From NCBI GenBank assembly GCA_051251915.1, contig JBPOGF010000002.1, forward strand, positions 32,001 through 96,000: a stretch of 64,000 nt of DNA, written 5' to 3'. Within the stretch, counting starts at the first letter, position 1; each line of letters begins with the position of its first letter. Below the pieces are notes generated by a model. The model was given only the letters and a program-made list of their open reading frames with translations, had not been told where the DNA came from and did no database searches. A program made the translations under genes and the position numbers. Of this stretch, positions 40,344 to 50,042 are shown in pieces. The stretch is from Akkermansiaceae bacterium (GTDB lineage: Bacteria; Verrucomicrobiota; Verrucomicrobiia; Verrucomicrobiales; Akkermansiaceae).

Positions 40344-41105
40344 ATGGAATATAGTGTAGAATATGATGTGTCTTATTTGGACGGGTCTGTGAATCCGAGT
40401 CATCGGTTAGATATTTATAGGCCTGCGAATGCGGGTGGAGGGAAGTTACCTGCGGTGGTTTATTTCCATGGTGGAGGTTGGGAGGCTGGGAATAAGAGTA
40501 CGGCTGTGGCGCGGTTTAAGCATTTTTATGATACGGGGTATATTTTGATTTCGGTGGGGTATAGGTTGAGCCGTGAGGCGATATGGCCGGCTATGATGGA
40601 TGATGTTGTTGCTGCTTTGGATTTTGTTCAGAGTGGGATTCCTGATGTGGATGCTGGGCGGGTGGCGCTGTGGGGGTCTTCTGCTGGGGGGCATTTGGCG
40701 GCGTTGCTGGCTGGGGGGTGTAGGAGTGAGGGGATGCCTGATGTGAGGTGTCTGATCAATTATTGTGCTCCGGTGACGTTGGATGTGTTTGTGGAGCATT
40801 TGTCTGAGGAGGCTAGGGTGGGGTCTCCTTTGCTGAAGTTGTTTGGGGGGGATCATGCGCGGACTTCTGAGATGGCGCGGGATGCGACGGTGACGAATTG
40901 GGTGAGTCCTGGTTATCCGCCGACGTTGTCGGTGCATGGTGATAGGGATATGGTGGTGCCGATGGATCAGTCTGAGATTTTGACTGGTTTGATCCTGAGG
41001 GCTGGGTCAGTGGCTGAGCTGTTCGTTGCTGAGGGTTCTGAGCATAGGGTGGATAGTGATGTGGTAAGGGGGAGGGTGAAGGAGTTTTTGGGGAGGTATT
41101 TGTAG
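40344..41105 (+). CDS. Alpha/beta hydrolase (esterase)
   Basis: HGGGW, GSSAGGHLA, HGDRDMVVP, C-terminal His. Confidence 0.88.
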   Translation: MEYSVEYDVSYLDGSVNPSHRLDIYRPANAGGGKLPAVVYFHGGGWEAGNKSTAVARFKHFYDTGYILISVGYRLSREAIWPAMMDDVVAALDFVQSGIPDVDAGRVALWGSSAGGHLAALLAGGCRSEGMPDVRCLINYCAPVTLDVFVEHLSEEARVGSPLLKLFGGDHARTSEMARDATVTNWVSPGYPPTLSVHGDRDMVVPMDQSEILTGLILRAGSVAELFVAEGSEHRVDSDVVRGRVKEFLGRYL

Positions 41106-41118
41106 GGATTATGGTGAG

Positions 41119-42126
41119 TTAGTCTTCGGTGGTCATTTGATGCCAGAGGGGGGTGGTGAGTTGTTGGGGGGTGTTTTGGTGGTCTAGGTAGTGGAGGCTG
41201 GCGGTAAGGTTTTGGGAGGTGGCTAGGTGGTGGGCTTTTTCTTTACCTAGGATGAAGAGGGCGGTTGCCCAGGCGTCTGCGAGGAGGCAGGTGGGGGCGA
41301 TGACGGTGACGGCTGTAAGGTCAGATTGGGAGGAGGTGGCGGTGTGGGGGTCGATGAGGTGGTGGATGGTTTTTCCGTGTTGATTTTTTGTTTGGATGGC
41401 GGGGCCGGAGGTGGCGATGGAGATGCCGCTGAGGGCGACTAGGGTCTGGGTGTCTTTTTTCTGGTTGCAGGTGGGGTCTAGGGTGGTCCACCAAGGTTGG
41501 CCGTCTGGTTTGCAGCCGGAGCCACGTAGTTCTCCGCCGACTTCTAGGAGGTAGTTATTGATGGCGAGGGATTCTAGGGCGAGGGCGGCTTTGTCTACGG
41601 CGGTGCCTTTGGCGATGGAGGAGAGGTCTAGGTGGCAGTTGCCGGCGTGGCTGATGGAGTGGGTGGTGGGGTGGAGGGTGATGTCTTGCCAGGTGGAGGG
41701 TTTGGAGTGGGGGGAGGATTGTTTGTCCTGGTGGTTATTTGGGCCGAAGCCTAGTTGGTTTACGATGTGGCCGATGGTGGGGTCGTATGCGCCGTGGGTG
41801 AGGGTGGAGATTTGTAGGGCGGTGGTGAGGGTTAGGTAGAAGTCTGGGGAGATTTTTAGTGGTTCTTCGGCGGGGAGGTTGTTGAAGGTGGAGAGTTCTG
41901 AGGTGGGGTCCCAGTGGCTCATTTGGTCGATGATGTTAGAGAAGGTTTTTTCGATGGTTGTTCTAACAGTTTGGTCGGAGGTGTGGGTGGGTTTTTGGTA
42001 GGTGAGCTTCCAGTAGGTGCCCATGGTTTCACCGTGGAGGGTGGAAATGGAAAGCCCTGACCCGGCTCCGAGGAGCGAGTCAGGGGTGATGGTAAGGGGG
42101 ATGAGGATAGTGCGAGTGGGAGGCAT
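41119..42126 (-). CDS. apbE: FAD:protein FMN transferase
   Basis: GETMGT, DLSSIAKG, EVGGE, IATSG, HLIDP, ADAWATAL. Confidence 0.92.
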   Translation of the reverse strand: MPPTRTILIPLTITPDSLLGAGSGLSISTLHGETMGTYWKLTYQKPTHTSDQTVRTTIEKTFSNIIDQMSHWDPTSELSTFNNLPAEEPLKISPDFYLTLTTALQISTLTHGAYDPTIGHIVNQLGFGPNNHQDKQSSPHSKPSTWQDITLHPTTHSISHAGNCHLDLSSIAKGTAVDKAALALESLAINNYLLEVGGELRGSGCKPDGQPWWTTLDPTCNQKKDTQTLVALSGISIATSGPAIQTKNQHGKTIHHLIDPHTATSSQSDLTAVTVIAPTCLLADAWATALFILGKEKAHHLATSQNLTASLHYLDHQNTPQQLTTPLWHQMTTED

Positions 42127-42135
42127 TAGGGTTTA

Positions 42136-42954
42136 TTAGCTCTGGAGGACTTCGAGAGTGGCTGTGTAGCTGGCTCTTTTTGAGTAAGGGACGCCTTCGA
42201 TTTCTTTTTTGTCTGATTCTGTGCTGGTGTTGAGCCAGTATTTTCCTGGGCCGGACCATTTGACGGTGAATTCACCTTTTTCGTTGGTGGTGAGTGTGAG
42301 TTCGGTGACTTTGTCTTGGTATTGGTCGTTGCCTTTGATGACGGTGATTTCTAGTCCTGCGGCTGGTTTGCCGTTGTGGAGGAGGATGAGTTGTGCGTCT
42401 TCGTCTTCTACGAGGTCATTTGGGTGTGACTTGGAGTAGTCGATTTCTAGGCCTTTTCCTGTGAGTTTGAGGGCGTCTAGTGTGGGGGCTCCGTTGGTGA
42501 CGAATGCGACTGTTTTGGAGTCGCTGTCTGAGAGTCTGACGCCTTCTTTTTTGGCGATTTCTTGTTTGGTGAATTCTTCAAGTGTGCCGGACCAGCGCTG
42601 GCGTTTTTCTCCTTCTCTCCACATGGCGCCGAGGCCGGATCTGTAGGTTTGGATGAGGTAGGTGCCTTTTTGGTTTAGCTGGAGGTCGAAGGTGCTTTTG
42701 AGTTCGCCTGAGTGTGGGTTAGCTGGTTCTACTGGGGTTCCGTCTGGGGCGAAGATTTGTAGGCTTTCGAGTCTGGCTGCGTTGTGGTTGGCGATGAAGA
42801 GATCGTTTGAGATGCAGGCATCGAATGTGACCCAGGCGTTCTCACCTGAGATGACGGATGTGGATGGGTTGATCCATGCTTTGTGGGCGTTGGAGCTGAG
42901 GACGCTAGATGCTAGGAGAGCTAGTGTTAGGGTGATAAATTTTGGTTGTTTCAT
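42136..42954 (-). CDS. DUF4198-family periplasmic protein
   Basis: Signal peptide then HKAWINPS, LEI...HPNDL, L.HNGKPAAG, TNEKGEF, YTATLEV. Confidence 0.8.
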   Translation of the reverse strand: MKQPKFITLTLALLASSVLSSNAHKAWINPSTSVISGENAWVTFDACISNDLFIANHNAARLESLQIFAPDGTPVEPANPHSGELKSTFDLQLNQKGTYLIQTYRSGLGAMWREGEKRQRWSGTLEEFTKQEIAKKEGVRLSDSDSKTVAFVTNGAPTLDALKLTGKGLEIDYSKSHPNDLVEDEDAQLILLHNGKPAAGLEITVIKGNDQYQDKVTELTLTTNEKGEFTVKWSGPGKYWLNTSTESDKKEIEGVPYSKRASYTATLEVLQS

Positions 42955-42976
42955 GATGTTGTGTTTATGGTTGATG

Positions 42977-43486
42977 TTATTGTTTGGGTGTATTTGTTAG
43001 AGTGATGTCGCCGAGTTCTTCAGTTCCTTTGATGGTGGGTGTTTCTGTGGTGAGTTGTTTGCCGTCCCATTTGAATGGGATTTTGATGAGTTCGCGGCCG
43101 CCAACTTCACGGGCGGCTTCTACGTAGAGTGTGTATTCTCCTTGTTGGAGTTCGGTGATGTCTTCGGTGATGTCTACGGTGTGTTTTCCTGGTGGGCGAG
43201 TGGGGCTGGTGACTCCGTCGATGGGGAAGTCAAGTTTACGGCCGGATGAGCGCCACCATTTGCGCATGTCTTTGAGCCATTCTTCGCCTTTTTTGGTGTC
43301 TTTGTTGATTTGGTACCAGACGAGGATGTTTTTGATGGTGGCTTTGTCTGGGCTTTCTACCCAGGCTGCGATGTAGGGTTTGTGGTATTCTGAGACGTCG
43401 ATTTGAGGGACGTTGATTTCTAGTGTGTGGGCACCAGCTTGCGATGAGGCTAGGGCTGCTAGGGTGATGATGTGTTGTTTTTTCAT
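42977..43486 (-). CDS. DUF2271-family protein (candidate flavinylation substrate)
   Basis: EYHKPYIAAWVE, WLKDMRKWWR, DGVTSPTRPPG, VEAAREVGGRE. Confidence 0.85.
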   Translation of the reverse strand: MKKQHIITLAALASSQAGAHTLEINVPQIDVSEYHKPYIAAWVESPDKATIKNILVWYQINKDTKKGEEWLKDMRKWWRSSGRKLDFPIDGVTSPTRPPGKHTVDITEDITELQQGEYTLYVEAAREVGGRELIKIPFKWDGKQLTTETPTIKGTEELGDITLTNTPKQ

Positions 43487-43509
43487 GGTTGATTATTTGT
43501 TGGTGAAAT

Positions 43510-44127
43510 TTAGTGGATGAAGAAGATGACGATGATGACTGGGAGTAGGATGCCGAGGGCGACTACTGGCCAGGTGGTGGGGCGGCGTCTGCTGTGGACC
43601 CAGAGGAGGCCGATTCCTGTTAGGGTGAAGATGATGCAGGCGACGGAGAAAATGTCCATGAACCAGCCCCAGACGGAGCCGGTGTTACGGCCTTTGTGGA
43701 GGTCATTGATGAATGAGATGGAGCCTCGGCTGGTTTTCTCGTAGATGAATTCGCCGGTGAGTTGGTCGAGGCTGAGCCATTCGTTTTTGCCTGGGCTGTC
43801 GTGGCTGAGGTAGATTTCTTCGTCTTCGATTTGTGGGGTAATGCTGGCGATGTTGCTTTCGAGTTTGGTGTTGAGGTAGTGGATGACTTTGGGGTCGATG
43901 GAGTCTGGATTATCTGTGAGTGATGTGGTGAGAGCGGCAGGGAGTTCGCCGGTGATCTCTGAGACGACTGGCTTGGTGGTGATGCTTTTGGCGTTGTTGA
44001 GGGTGAGGCCGGTGATGGCGAAGAGGAGGAGGGTGGTGAGCGAGATGGCGCTGCTGACCCAGTGCCAGATGTAGAACTGTTTGATGAGGACAGTTTTGAA
44101 TTTTTTCTTTTTTACAGTTCTGCCCAT
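43510..44127 (-). CDS. PepSY-associated TM helix protein
   Basis: WHWVSSA...LFAITGLTLN, INDLHKGRNTG..W.WF.D, LTGIGLL. Confidence 0.85.
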   Translation of the reverse strand: MGRTVKKKKFKTVLIKQFYIWHWVSSAISLTTLLLFAITGLTLNNAKSITTKPVVSEITGELPAALTTSLTDNPDSIDPKVIHYLNTKLESNIASITPQIEDEEIYLSHDSPGKNEWLSLDQLTGEFIYEKTSRGSISFINDLHKGRNTGSVWGWFMDIFSVACIIFTLTGIGLLWVHSRRRPTTWPVVALGILLPVIIVIFFIH

Positions 44128-44804
44128 TGTCTGATGAGGTTGTGATAGATGCCAGTGAGCTTGACTGCGTTTTGGTCAATGATGCTGCCGGCTTCTGAGT
44201 GTGCGGTGATGTTTTGGATGGAGGAGTCTAGGTCGAAGAGTAGTGCGCGGTGTTGGTCATCTTTGACCATGCTCTGGATCCAGAAGAATGAGCTGACTCT
44301 GGCGCCTGAGGTGACGGGAGTGACGTGGTGGAGGCTGGTGGAGGGGTAGAGGATCATGTGGCCGGCGGGGAGTTTGACGGTTTGTGAGCCGTAGGTGTCT
44401 TCGATGTGGAGTTCACCGCCTTCATATTCGTCCGGGTCTGAGAAGAAGAGGGTGGCGCTGAGGTCGGTACGGATTTTCTGGCTGGTGCCGGGGATGTAGC
44501 GGATGGCGTTGTCGACGTGGGTGCCGAATGTTCCACCGCCTTCGTATTTATTGAACATGGGTGGGAGGACGGTGTTAGGGAGTGCGGCGGATAGGAAGAG
44601 GGGATTGGTGCTGAGGGCTTGGGTGATGCGTGCTCCAATCTCGCGGGCGATGGGGTCTTGGATATCGAGCTGGAGGTTGCTTTTGACGTTTTTTGCTTGT
44701 TGGCCTGCGGTGTGGGAGCCGTCTTGCCAGTTCGCTTGGTCGAGTTGTTGTCTTATTTCTTGGACCTCGGTGGGTGAGAAGACGTCTGGAATTTGGAGAA
44801 TCAT
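44112..44804 (-). CDS. piuC: Fe(II)/2-oxoglutarate dioxygenase (PiuC/YbiX, PKHD-type)
   Basis: WQDG..TAG.QA..VK.NLQL, PPMFNKY, HVDNA, RTDLSATLF, LHHVTPVT.G.R, YHNLIRQWA. Confidence 0.92.
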   Translation of the reverse strand: MILQIPDVFSPTEVQEIRQQLDQANWQDGSHTAGQQAKNVKSNLQLDIQDPIAREIGARITQALSTNPLFLSAALPNTVLPPMFNKYEGGGTFGTHVDNAIRYIPGTSQKIRTDLSATLFFSDPDEYEGGELHIEDTYGSQTVKLPAGHMILYPSTSLHHVTPVTSGARVSSFFWIQSMVKDDQHRALLFDLDSSIQNITAHSEAGSIIDQNAVKLTGIYHNLIRQWAEL

Positions 44805-44825
44805 GTTAGTAGTGTTTATAAAGTT

Positions 44826-44865
44826 AAAAACGCTCTAGGTGCACGGTTAGTAGCACCTAGAGCGT
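44826..44865 (-). terminator. Strong hairpin/terminator between the TBDR gene and piuC
   Basis: ACGCTCTAGGTGC...GCACCTAGAGCGT plus an A-run. Confidence 0.75.
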
Positions 44866-44890
44866 GAATTGCCCATGGAAAAAGCAATGT

Positions 44891-47017
44891 TTAGAATGAG
44901 TAATTTACGGTGAGTGCGGCTGATCTTCCTTCGCCTGGGATGAAGTGACCACCGCCTACTTGGTCGACATATTCTTCGTTTGCTAGGTTAAGGATGTTTA
45001 GCTGGACTGACATGTCATCGTTGACTTGGTATGTGGCTGAGACGTCTACTGTGGCGTATCCGTCAGCTGTGTTGGTGCCGCCGTTGGTTCTTTCTCCGAT
45101 ATAGCGGACACCGCCTCCGAGGGTGAAGAAGTCAGTGGCTTGGTAGGTGGCCCAGATGGAGAAGCTGTGTTTAGGGCTGTTTCCTAGGACGTCGCCGACT
45201 GCTGTGGGGTCTAGAGATTTTTTGGTCTCTGTGTCGAGGTAAGTGTAGCCTGCGAAGATGCTGATGTCTTCTGTGATTTCACCGGTGGCTCCGAGTTCGA
45301 ATCCCTGGGATACGAAATCTCCTGCGAGTTCGTAGTCTGAGCCTCTGCCTTCGCGAGATCTGGCGTTGTCTTTATTGGTTCTGAAGATGGCGGCGTTTAG
45401 GCTGAGGCGATTTTCGAGTAGTGTCCATTTGGTTCCTAGTTCGAAGGATGTGGATTCTTCTGGGTCTAGGGCGGCGGTGTTATCACTGAGTGATAGTGTT
45501 TCAGCAGATGGGTTTACTGACGTGCCGTATGCTAGGTAGATGTTACCATTTGAGGTAGGGGCGTATGCGATGCTTCCTTTCCAGCTTACTGTGTCGTTCG
45601 TCTGTGTGTAGGTGTCTGTGGAGACGTATTTTGCATCCATGTGGTCATATCTAGCGCCACCGTTGAGGGTCCATTTTTCGCCGAGTTTGATGGTGTCGTA
45701 GAAGAAGAGGCTGAATGTGTCTAGTGTGCCTACTGTGGAGCCTGTTTCGACGATGTCTGTGGTGTAGCTGTCACCTGGTGTTGGGTTGAATAGGTCTGTG
45801 TTGGGTGCGTTATCGAGGTTGTTGTCGGTGCGGCTTGTTCTGACGCTTTTTTCTGAGTTGTATTCCATTCCTGCGACGATGTCGTGCTGGATGGCTCCTG
45901 TTTCTAGTGAGAGGTTGGAGTCGAAGAGGAGGGTTTTGATGGTGTTGGTCTGGAGTCTGGATTTGAAGTCAGTTCGTCTGATTTCTGTTTCTGATCCTGA
46001 GACGAATCGTGGTGCGGTGGTGATGGAGTCACGGTGAGTTCTGCCGTAGCGGGCGAGGGCTCTGACTTTGAAGTCTTCTCTGATGGTGTGTTTGAGTTCG
46101 GCGGTGAGGATGTCTGTGTCGGTTTCCTCGTAGTCTCTGTCTGCTAGGCCGTAGTAGTTAGAAAAATCTACATCTGGAGCTGAGCCGTTGAGCCATGGGA
46201 TGCCGTAGTCTGGCTGACCTTCCATGGACATGTGCATGTAGCTGAGGGTGATTTCAGTGTCTGTTCCGAGGCCGAATGAGATGGTGGGTGCGATTCCCCA
46301 GCGTGAGCTGTCGACGTCTTCTCTGCCTGCGAGGTCAGAGGAATTGCGCATGAGGTTGAGACGGAATGCGCTGTTTTCTAGTGGGAGTGGCTGGTTGTAG
46401 TCTAGTGTGGTGCGGTAGAAGGCGTTGGTGCCGACTCCGAGTGAGAGGTCGGTGAATTTGTCGAGGGTGGCTTTTTTAGAGCTGAGGTTGATGGAGCCAC
46501 CTGTGGAGCCACGGCCTGAGTCTGTGGAGCCGGGGCCTTTGGCTACTTCGATTTGTTCGATGTTGAATGGGTCACGGGTGTAGCCACCGATGTCGCGGAC
46601 GCCGTCTACGTAGAAGTCATTGATGGATGAGAAACCTCTGATGGAGAGTTGATCCCCTGCTGGGGTTCCGCCTTCTCCTGCTTGGAGTGAGATTCCTGGG
46701 ACGTTGCGGAGAGCGGCTTGGATGGTGGTGGCGTTTTGTTGTTTCATGAGATCTTTGTTAACGACAGTGATCGTTTTAGGAATCTCTTTGAGTGGAGCGG
46801 TGAAGCGTGGGGATGAGAGTTGGGTTGGGTTTAGCTCGTTTTGGGCTTGGCCGACGGCTACTGTGTCTGCGAGATTTTCTACTGTTTCAGGCTGGGTAGT
46901 CTGCGCTTGGAGATTACCTCCGAGTAGCATGGCTCCGGCGAGACTTCCTGCAAATGCGGTGTGGCTTCGTTTGCTGGATGGTCTGATGTGCTCTGGTGTG
47001 TGTTGTTGGTTGTTCAT
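44891..47017 (-). CDS. TonB-dependent siderophore receptor (Fiu/PiuA-like)
   Basis: ALRNVPGIS, GEGGTP.GD.LSIRGF, RDPFNIEQIEVAKGP, C-terminal VNYSF. Confidence 0.9.
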   Translation of the reverse strand: MNNQQHTPEHIRPSSKRSHTAFAGSLAGAMLLGGNLQAQTTQPETVENLADTVAVGQAQNELNPTQLSSPRFTAPLKEIPKTITVVNKDLMKQQNATTIQAALRNVPGISLQAGEGGTPAGDQLSIRGFSSINDFYVDGVRDIGGYTRDPFNIEQIEVAKGPGSTDSGRGSTGGSINLSSKKATLDKFTDLSLGVGTNAFYRTTLDYNQPLPLENSAFRLNLMRNSSDLAGREDVDSSRWGIAPTISFGLGTDTEITLSYMHMSMEGQPDYGIPWLNGSAPDVDFSNYYGLADRDYEETDTDILTAELKHTIREDFKVRALARYGRTHRDSITTAPRFVSGSETEIRRTDFKSRLQTNTIKTLLFDSNLSLETGAIQHDIVAGMEYNSEKSVRTSRTDNNLDNAPNTDLFNPTPGDSYTTDIVETGSTVGTLDTFSLFFYDTIKLGEKWTLNGGARYDHMDAKYVSTDTYTQTNDTVSWKGSIAYAPTSNGNIYLAYGTSVNPSAETLSLSDNTAALDPEESTSFELGTKWTLLENRLSLNAAIFRTNKDNARSREGRGSDYELAGDFVSQGFELGATGEITEDISIFAGYTYLDTETKKSLDPTAVGDVLGNSPKHSFSIWATYQATDFFTLGGGVRYIGERTNGGTNTADGYATVDVSATYQVNDDMSVQLNILNLANEEYVDQVGGGHFIPGEGRSAALTVNYSF

Positions 47018-47088
47018 GGTTGTATTTTCGTATGTGTGTGAAGCTGGTTCTGATGTAGTCTGCTTGCTGACTGCGTGGCATCGATAAC

Positions 47089-47107
47089 GCTATTGAGATT
47101 CATTATC
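47089..47107 (-). promoter_or_regulatory. Fur box
   Basis: Minus strand GATAATGAATCTCAATAGC, 14/19 match to GATAATGATAATCATTATC, upstream of the TBDR. Confidence 0.75.
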
Positions 47108-47208
47108 AACAATAAAATAGAGTGTTTTTGTGTGTTGAGGTGTTAGTGGTTGATATTTAGATGGTAGTGTGTTTTTTTTATTGTGATCCGGTTGGGCTAT
47201 ATGGGCAC

Positions 47209-47249
47209 AAAAAAGCCACCAAGTCAGCACATAGTCATGACGAGGTGGC
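47209..47249 (-). terminator. Probable intrinsic terminator
   Basis: GCCACC..GTCA...TGAC..GGTGGC stem plus an A-run. Confidence 0.65.
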
Positions 47250-47276
47250 GTTAAAGAGCTCGGATTTTAATTTAGA

Positions 47277-47930
47277 TTACCTACGTTTTCTTAGAAGTAG
47301 AGTGAATCCTGCGAGGCCGAGAAGGGCTGTTGAGGATGGTTCTGGGACTGCTGTGATGGTGATGTTGTCTAGGCCAGTATCGATTCCTGCTGAGCCACCT
47401 GAGTTGTCGGTAAATGTTAGAACGCCAGTAGCTTCAGTAGCTGTGAATCTGAATGTAGCGACAGTGCCTCCGTCTCCATTTGTGGTGTCTGAACCAGAAC
47501 CGGATCCTAATGTGCTGCCTCCACTTGCGAATGTTCCAGCCATAGTAGGAGTATTGTCGGTTCCTGTGAAGAGTCTGATAACTTCGAAAGAGACTTCGTA
47601 TTCTTGAGCTATATCGAGGCCAGAAATCGTTTGAAATATAGTGCCATTTGCCGCAGCACCACTTTCATTGAATACGGCGTATTGATCACCAGCAGCTTTA
47701 CCGGTGTCTGCAGGAGCTGCTGGGTCGCCGTCAGCAAGGATGTTCACATTTCCAGTTGTGTTTCCAGTGAATGTCCATCCAGTGATAACGTCGACGCTGG
47801 TAGCGGCCCAGCTGTTATCGGCTACAATTTGAGTTTGGAAATCTCCGTTGACTACTGTGATGGCAGCTTGTGATATTCCTGAGGAGGCGATGGTAAGTAT
47901 GGATAAAGTTGATAAGATATTTGATTTCAT
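47277..47930 (-). CDS. PEP-CTERM surface protein
   Basis: Signal peptide, VVNGDF, VPEPSSTALLGLAGFTLLLRKRR. Confidence 0.92.
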   Translation of the reverse strand: MKSNILSTLSILTIASSGISQAAITVVNGDFQTQIVADNSWAATSVDVITGWTFTGNTTGNVNILADGDPAAPADTGKAAGDQYAVFNESGAAANGTIFQTISGLDIAQEYEVSFEVIRLFTGTDNTPTMAGTFASGGSTLGSGSGSDTTNGDGGTVATFRFTATEATGVLTFTDNSGGSAGIDTGLDNITITAVPEPSSTALLGLAGFTLLLRKRR

Positions 47931-47976
47931 GGTTTAGCGAGGATGTCATGATAGTGGTTGTTTATCAACATGATAT

Positions 47977-48006
47977 AACCCACCAGTAGATATCAATAAT
48001 CCACAT
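47977..48006 (-). promoter_or_regulatory. Conserved 30-bp operator-like element (copy 2)
   Basis: AACCCACCAgtAGATATcaatAATCCACAT, 47 nt from the ATG. Confidence 0.65.
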
Positions 48007-48063
48007 TATTATGTTTTCTGATTAGTTTGAAGACCCGAGAGCAATCATACACTATGAATAATC

Positions 48064-49533
48064 TTAGAGATCATCGGGTGCCCAGTCAGGGATACCTTTT
48101 TCTTTGAGTTGTTTATCGTAGAGTTTAGCGAAGGGTTGGTCTTTGGGAGCGATGGTGGGGAGGCCTTCGTTTACCATGAGGGGGAGGGCTGATTGCCACC
48201 ATGTGTCGTAGGCTTTGCGGAGTTCTGCGACGACTTCTGGGTGCTGGGCTGAGACATCGGTTGTTTCACTTGGGTCTTTGGTGATGTCGTAGAGGTTTTT
48301 GTTGTTTACGAATCTCCATTGTTGGGTGCGGACGGCGCATTTTTTGTATTTGAAGGAGTCTAGTTTGCCTGCTGGCCAGCGTCCGCAGTGGATGAAGAGT
48401 TGGCGGTCTGGTAGGGTGGATTTTGGGTTTTCGAGTAGGGGGAGTAGTGAGCGGCCTTCTAGTTGTTGCATTTTTTCTGGGAGTTTGGCTCCTGATAGGT
48501 CGGTGAAGGTTTTGTAGAGGTCTAGGTGAGCGGATAGGGTGTTGATGTCTACTCCTGGCTCTAGGATGCCTTTCCACTGGGCGAAGAATGGGACGTGGGT
48601 GCCGCCTTCGAAGGGTGAATTTTTGCCGCCTCTGAGTCCTGCTTTGAAGTGGGGGATTTCTTTGGTGCTGCCTTTTCCGACTCCGCCGTTATCGGTCATG
48701 AAGATGACGAGGGTGTTGTCGAGTGCGTTCCATTCGGTGAGTTTGGTGATGAGTTTGCCGAAGTTGTCGTCGATGTTTTCGATCATGCCTAGGCGGCCAG
48801 CTGAGTCTTTACTGCTGCCTAGATCGAGGAAGCGTTTTTTGTAGTTTTCTGGTGCGATGAATGGGCCGTGTGGGGCGTTGAGGGAGATGTAGGCGAAGTA
48901 GGGTTGGTTTGCTTGGTGTTGTTTTTTGATCCAAGCTAGCCCTGCGTCGAAGAAGAGGTCGGTGCAGAAGCCTTTGGTTTTAACGACGGTGTCGTTGTGT
49001 AGGAGGATGTTGTCGAAGTAGGTGTTGGTGCCATTTTCTGGGAAGTCGCCGAATTGGGTTTGTCCGATGCCTCCGGCTCCGTGCATGATGACTTCGTCAA
49101 AGCCTCGGTTATGGGGGAGATATTCGGGTTCGTCACCGAGGTGCCATTTGCCGAAGAGTCCGGTGGTGTAGCCTGCTGATTTTAGCATTTGAGGGAGGGT
49201 GAAGACGTCTAGTGCCATGCGCTCGCGCTGGAGGATGGTGTGGGTGACGCCGTTTTTGAATGGTGCGCGTCCGCTCATGATGGCTGCACGTGAGGGTGCG
49301 CAGGTGGGGCTGACGTGGAACTCGGTGAAGCGGGTGGCGCCTTGGTAGAATTTATCGATATTTGGGGTTTTGACGAGTTTGTTTCCCATGCAGGAGAGGT
49401 CTCCCATGCCTTGGTCATCTGTGATGACGAGGACGATGTTGGGTTTGCTTCCGGCGATGGATTTTTCTGCAGCTACTGCGGTGGTGGTGCAGGCTGCTAG
49501 CGCGGCGATGGCGAATGATAGGTGTTTTTTCAT
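48064..49533 (-). CDS. Arylsulfatase-like sulfatase (S1)
   Basis: PNIVLVITDDQGMGD, CAPSR, GKWHLG, TDNG. Confidence 0.95.
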   Translation of the reverse strand: MKKHLSFAIAALAACTTTAVAAEKSIAGSKPNIVLVITDDQGMGDLSCMGNKLVKTPNIDKFYQGATRFTEFHVSPTCAPSRAAIMSGRAPFKNGVTHTILQRERMALDVFTLPQMLKSAGYTTGLFGKWHLGDEPEYLPHNRGFDEVIMHGAGGIGQTQFGDFPENGTNTYFDNILLHNDTVVKTKGFCTDLFFDAGLAWIKKQHQANQPYFAYISLNAPHGPFIAPENYKKRFLDLGSSKDSAGRLGMIENIDDNFGKLITKLTEWNALDNTLVIFMTDNGGVGKGSTKEIPHFKAGLRGGKNSPFEGGTHVPFFAQWKGILEPGVDINTLSAHLDLYKTFTDLSGAKLPEKMQQLEGRSLLPLLENPKSTLPDRQLFIHCGRWPAGKLDSFKYKKCAVRTQQWRFVNNKNLYDITKDPSETTDVSAQHPEVVAELRKAYDTWWQSALPLMVNEGLPTIAPKDQPFAKLYDKQLKEKGIPDWAPDDL

Positions 49534-49700
49534 GTTAGGGTGTTTTTGCTAATTAGTGTTTAATTTATATATGAGAATAGGGGATAAGGAAATCATAGTT
49601 TCAATAATAAGCCTCTAATTCATATAAATAATTTGACAAATTCTCGACCCCTTGGATGTTGAGTTGCTGACAAGCCTTGTAAATTCTGAGGCGAACCACG

Positions 49701-50042
49701 ATGACTACTTTTCGCCACAAAATCCATTCTCACGCCTCGATACCTTGCCTCATCGCATTGGTGGTATTGCTTGGCGGTAGTCTGGTGAGCTTTAAGACAG
49801 TCATTCAGAAAAAGTCGACACCGTCCAGCGGTGACAAGGTGAGTCATATAGCGGATGAAGGGGGGCTTCAGTCGGGGGCGGATCGATACATTCCGGTGCT
49901 AAGCAACGGTTCCTCTGAGAGCGAACTTAGGGTGTTAGCGTCAAAACGAGTCAGCATTGATTCTAGCAATAAGCATTTTGAACTTGGTAGTCGATCTGGT
50001 CTTGTCCAGGGCCGCGCTCCACCGTTTCAGCTTCTTTTCTAA
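49701..50042 (+). CDS. Candidate translation-arrest leader peptide (N-terminal TM/signal, C-terminal RAPP) upstream of secA
   Basis: 113 aa; hydrophobic IPCLIALVVLLGGSLVSF, long polar linker, ends LVQGRAPPFQLLF*; co-oriented 213 nt before secA. Confidence 0.7.
   Translation: MTTFRHKIHSHASIPCLIALVVLLGGSLVSFKTVIQKKSTPSSGDKVSHIADEGGLQSGADRYIPVLSNGSSESELRVLASKRVSIDSSNKHFELGSRSGLVQGRAPPFQLLF

Noticed and set aside
49620..49847. 75-aa minus-strand ORF overlapping the RAPP uORF
   Set aside because: No motif or signal; the plus-strand ORF has a coherent TM-linker-RAPP architecture and fits the gene context
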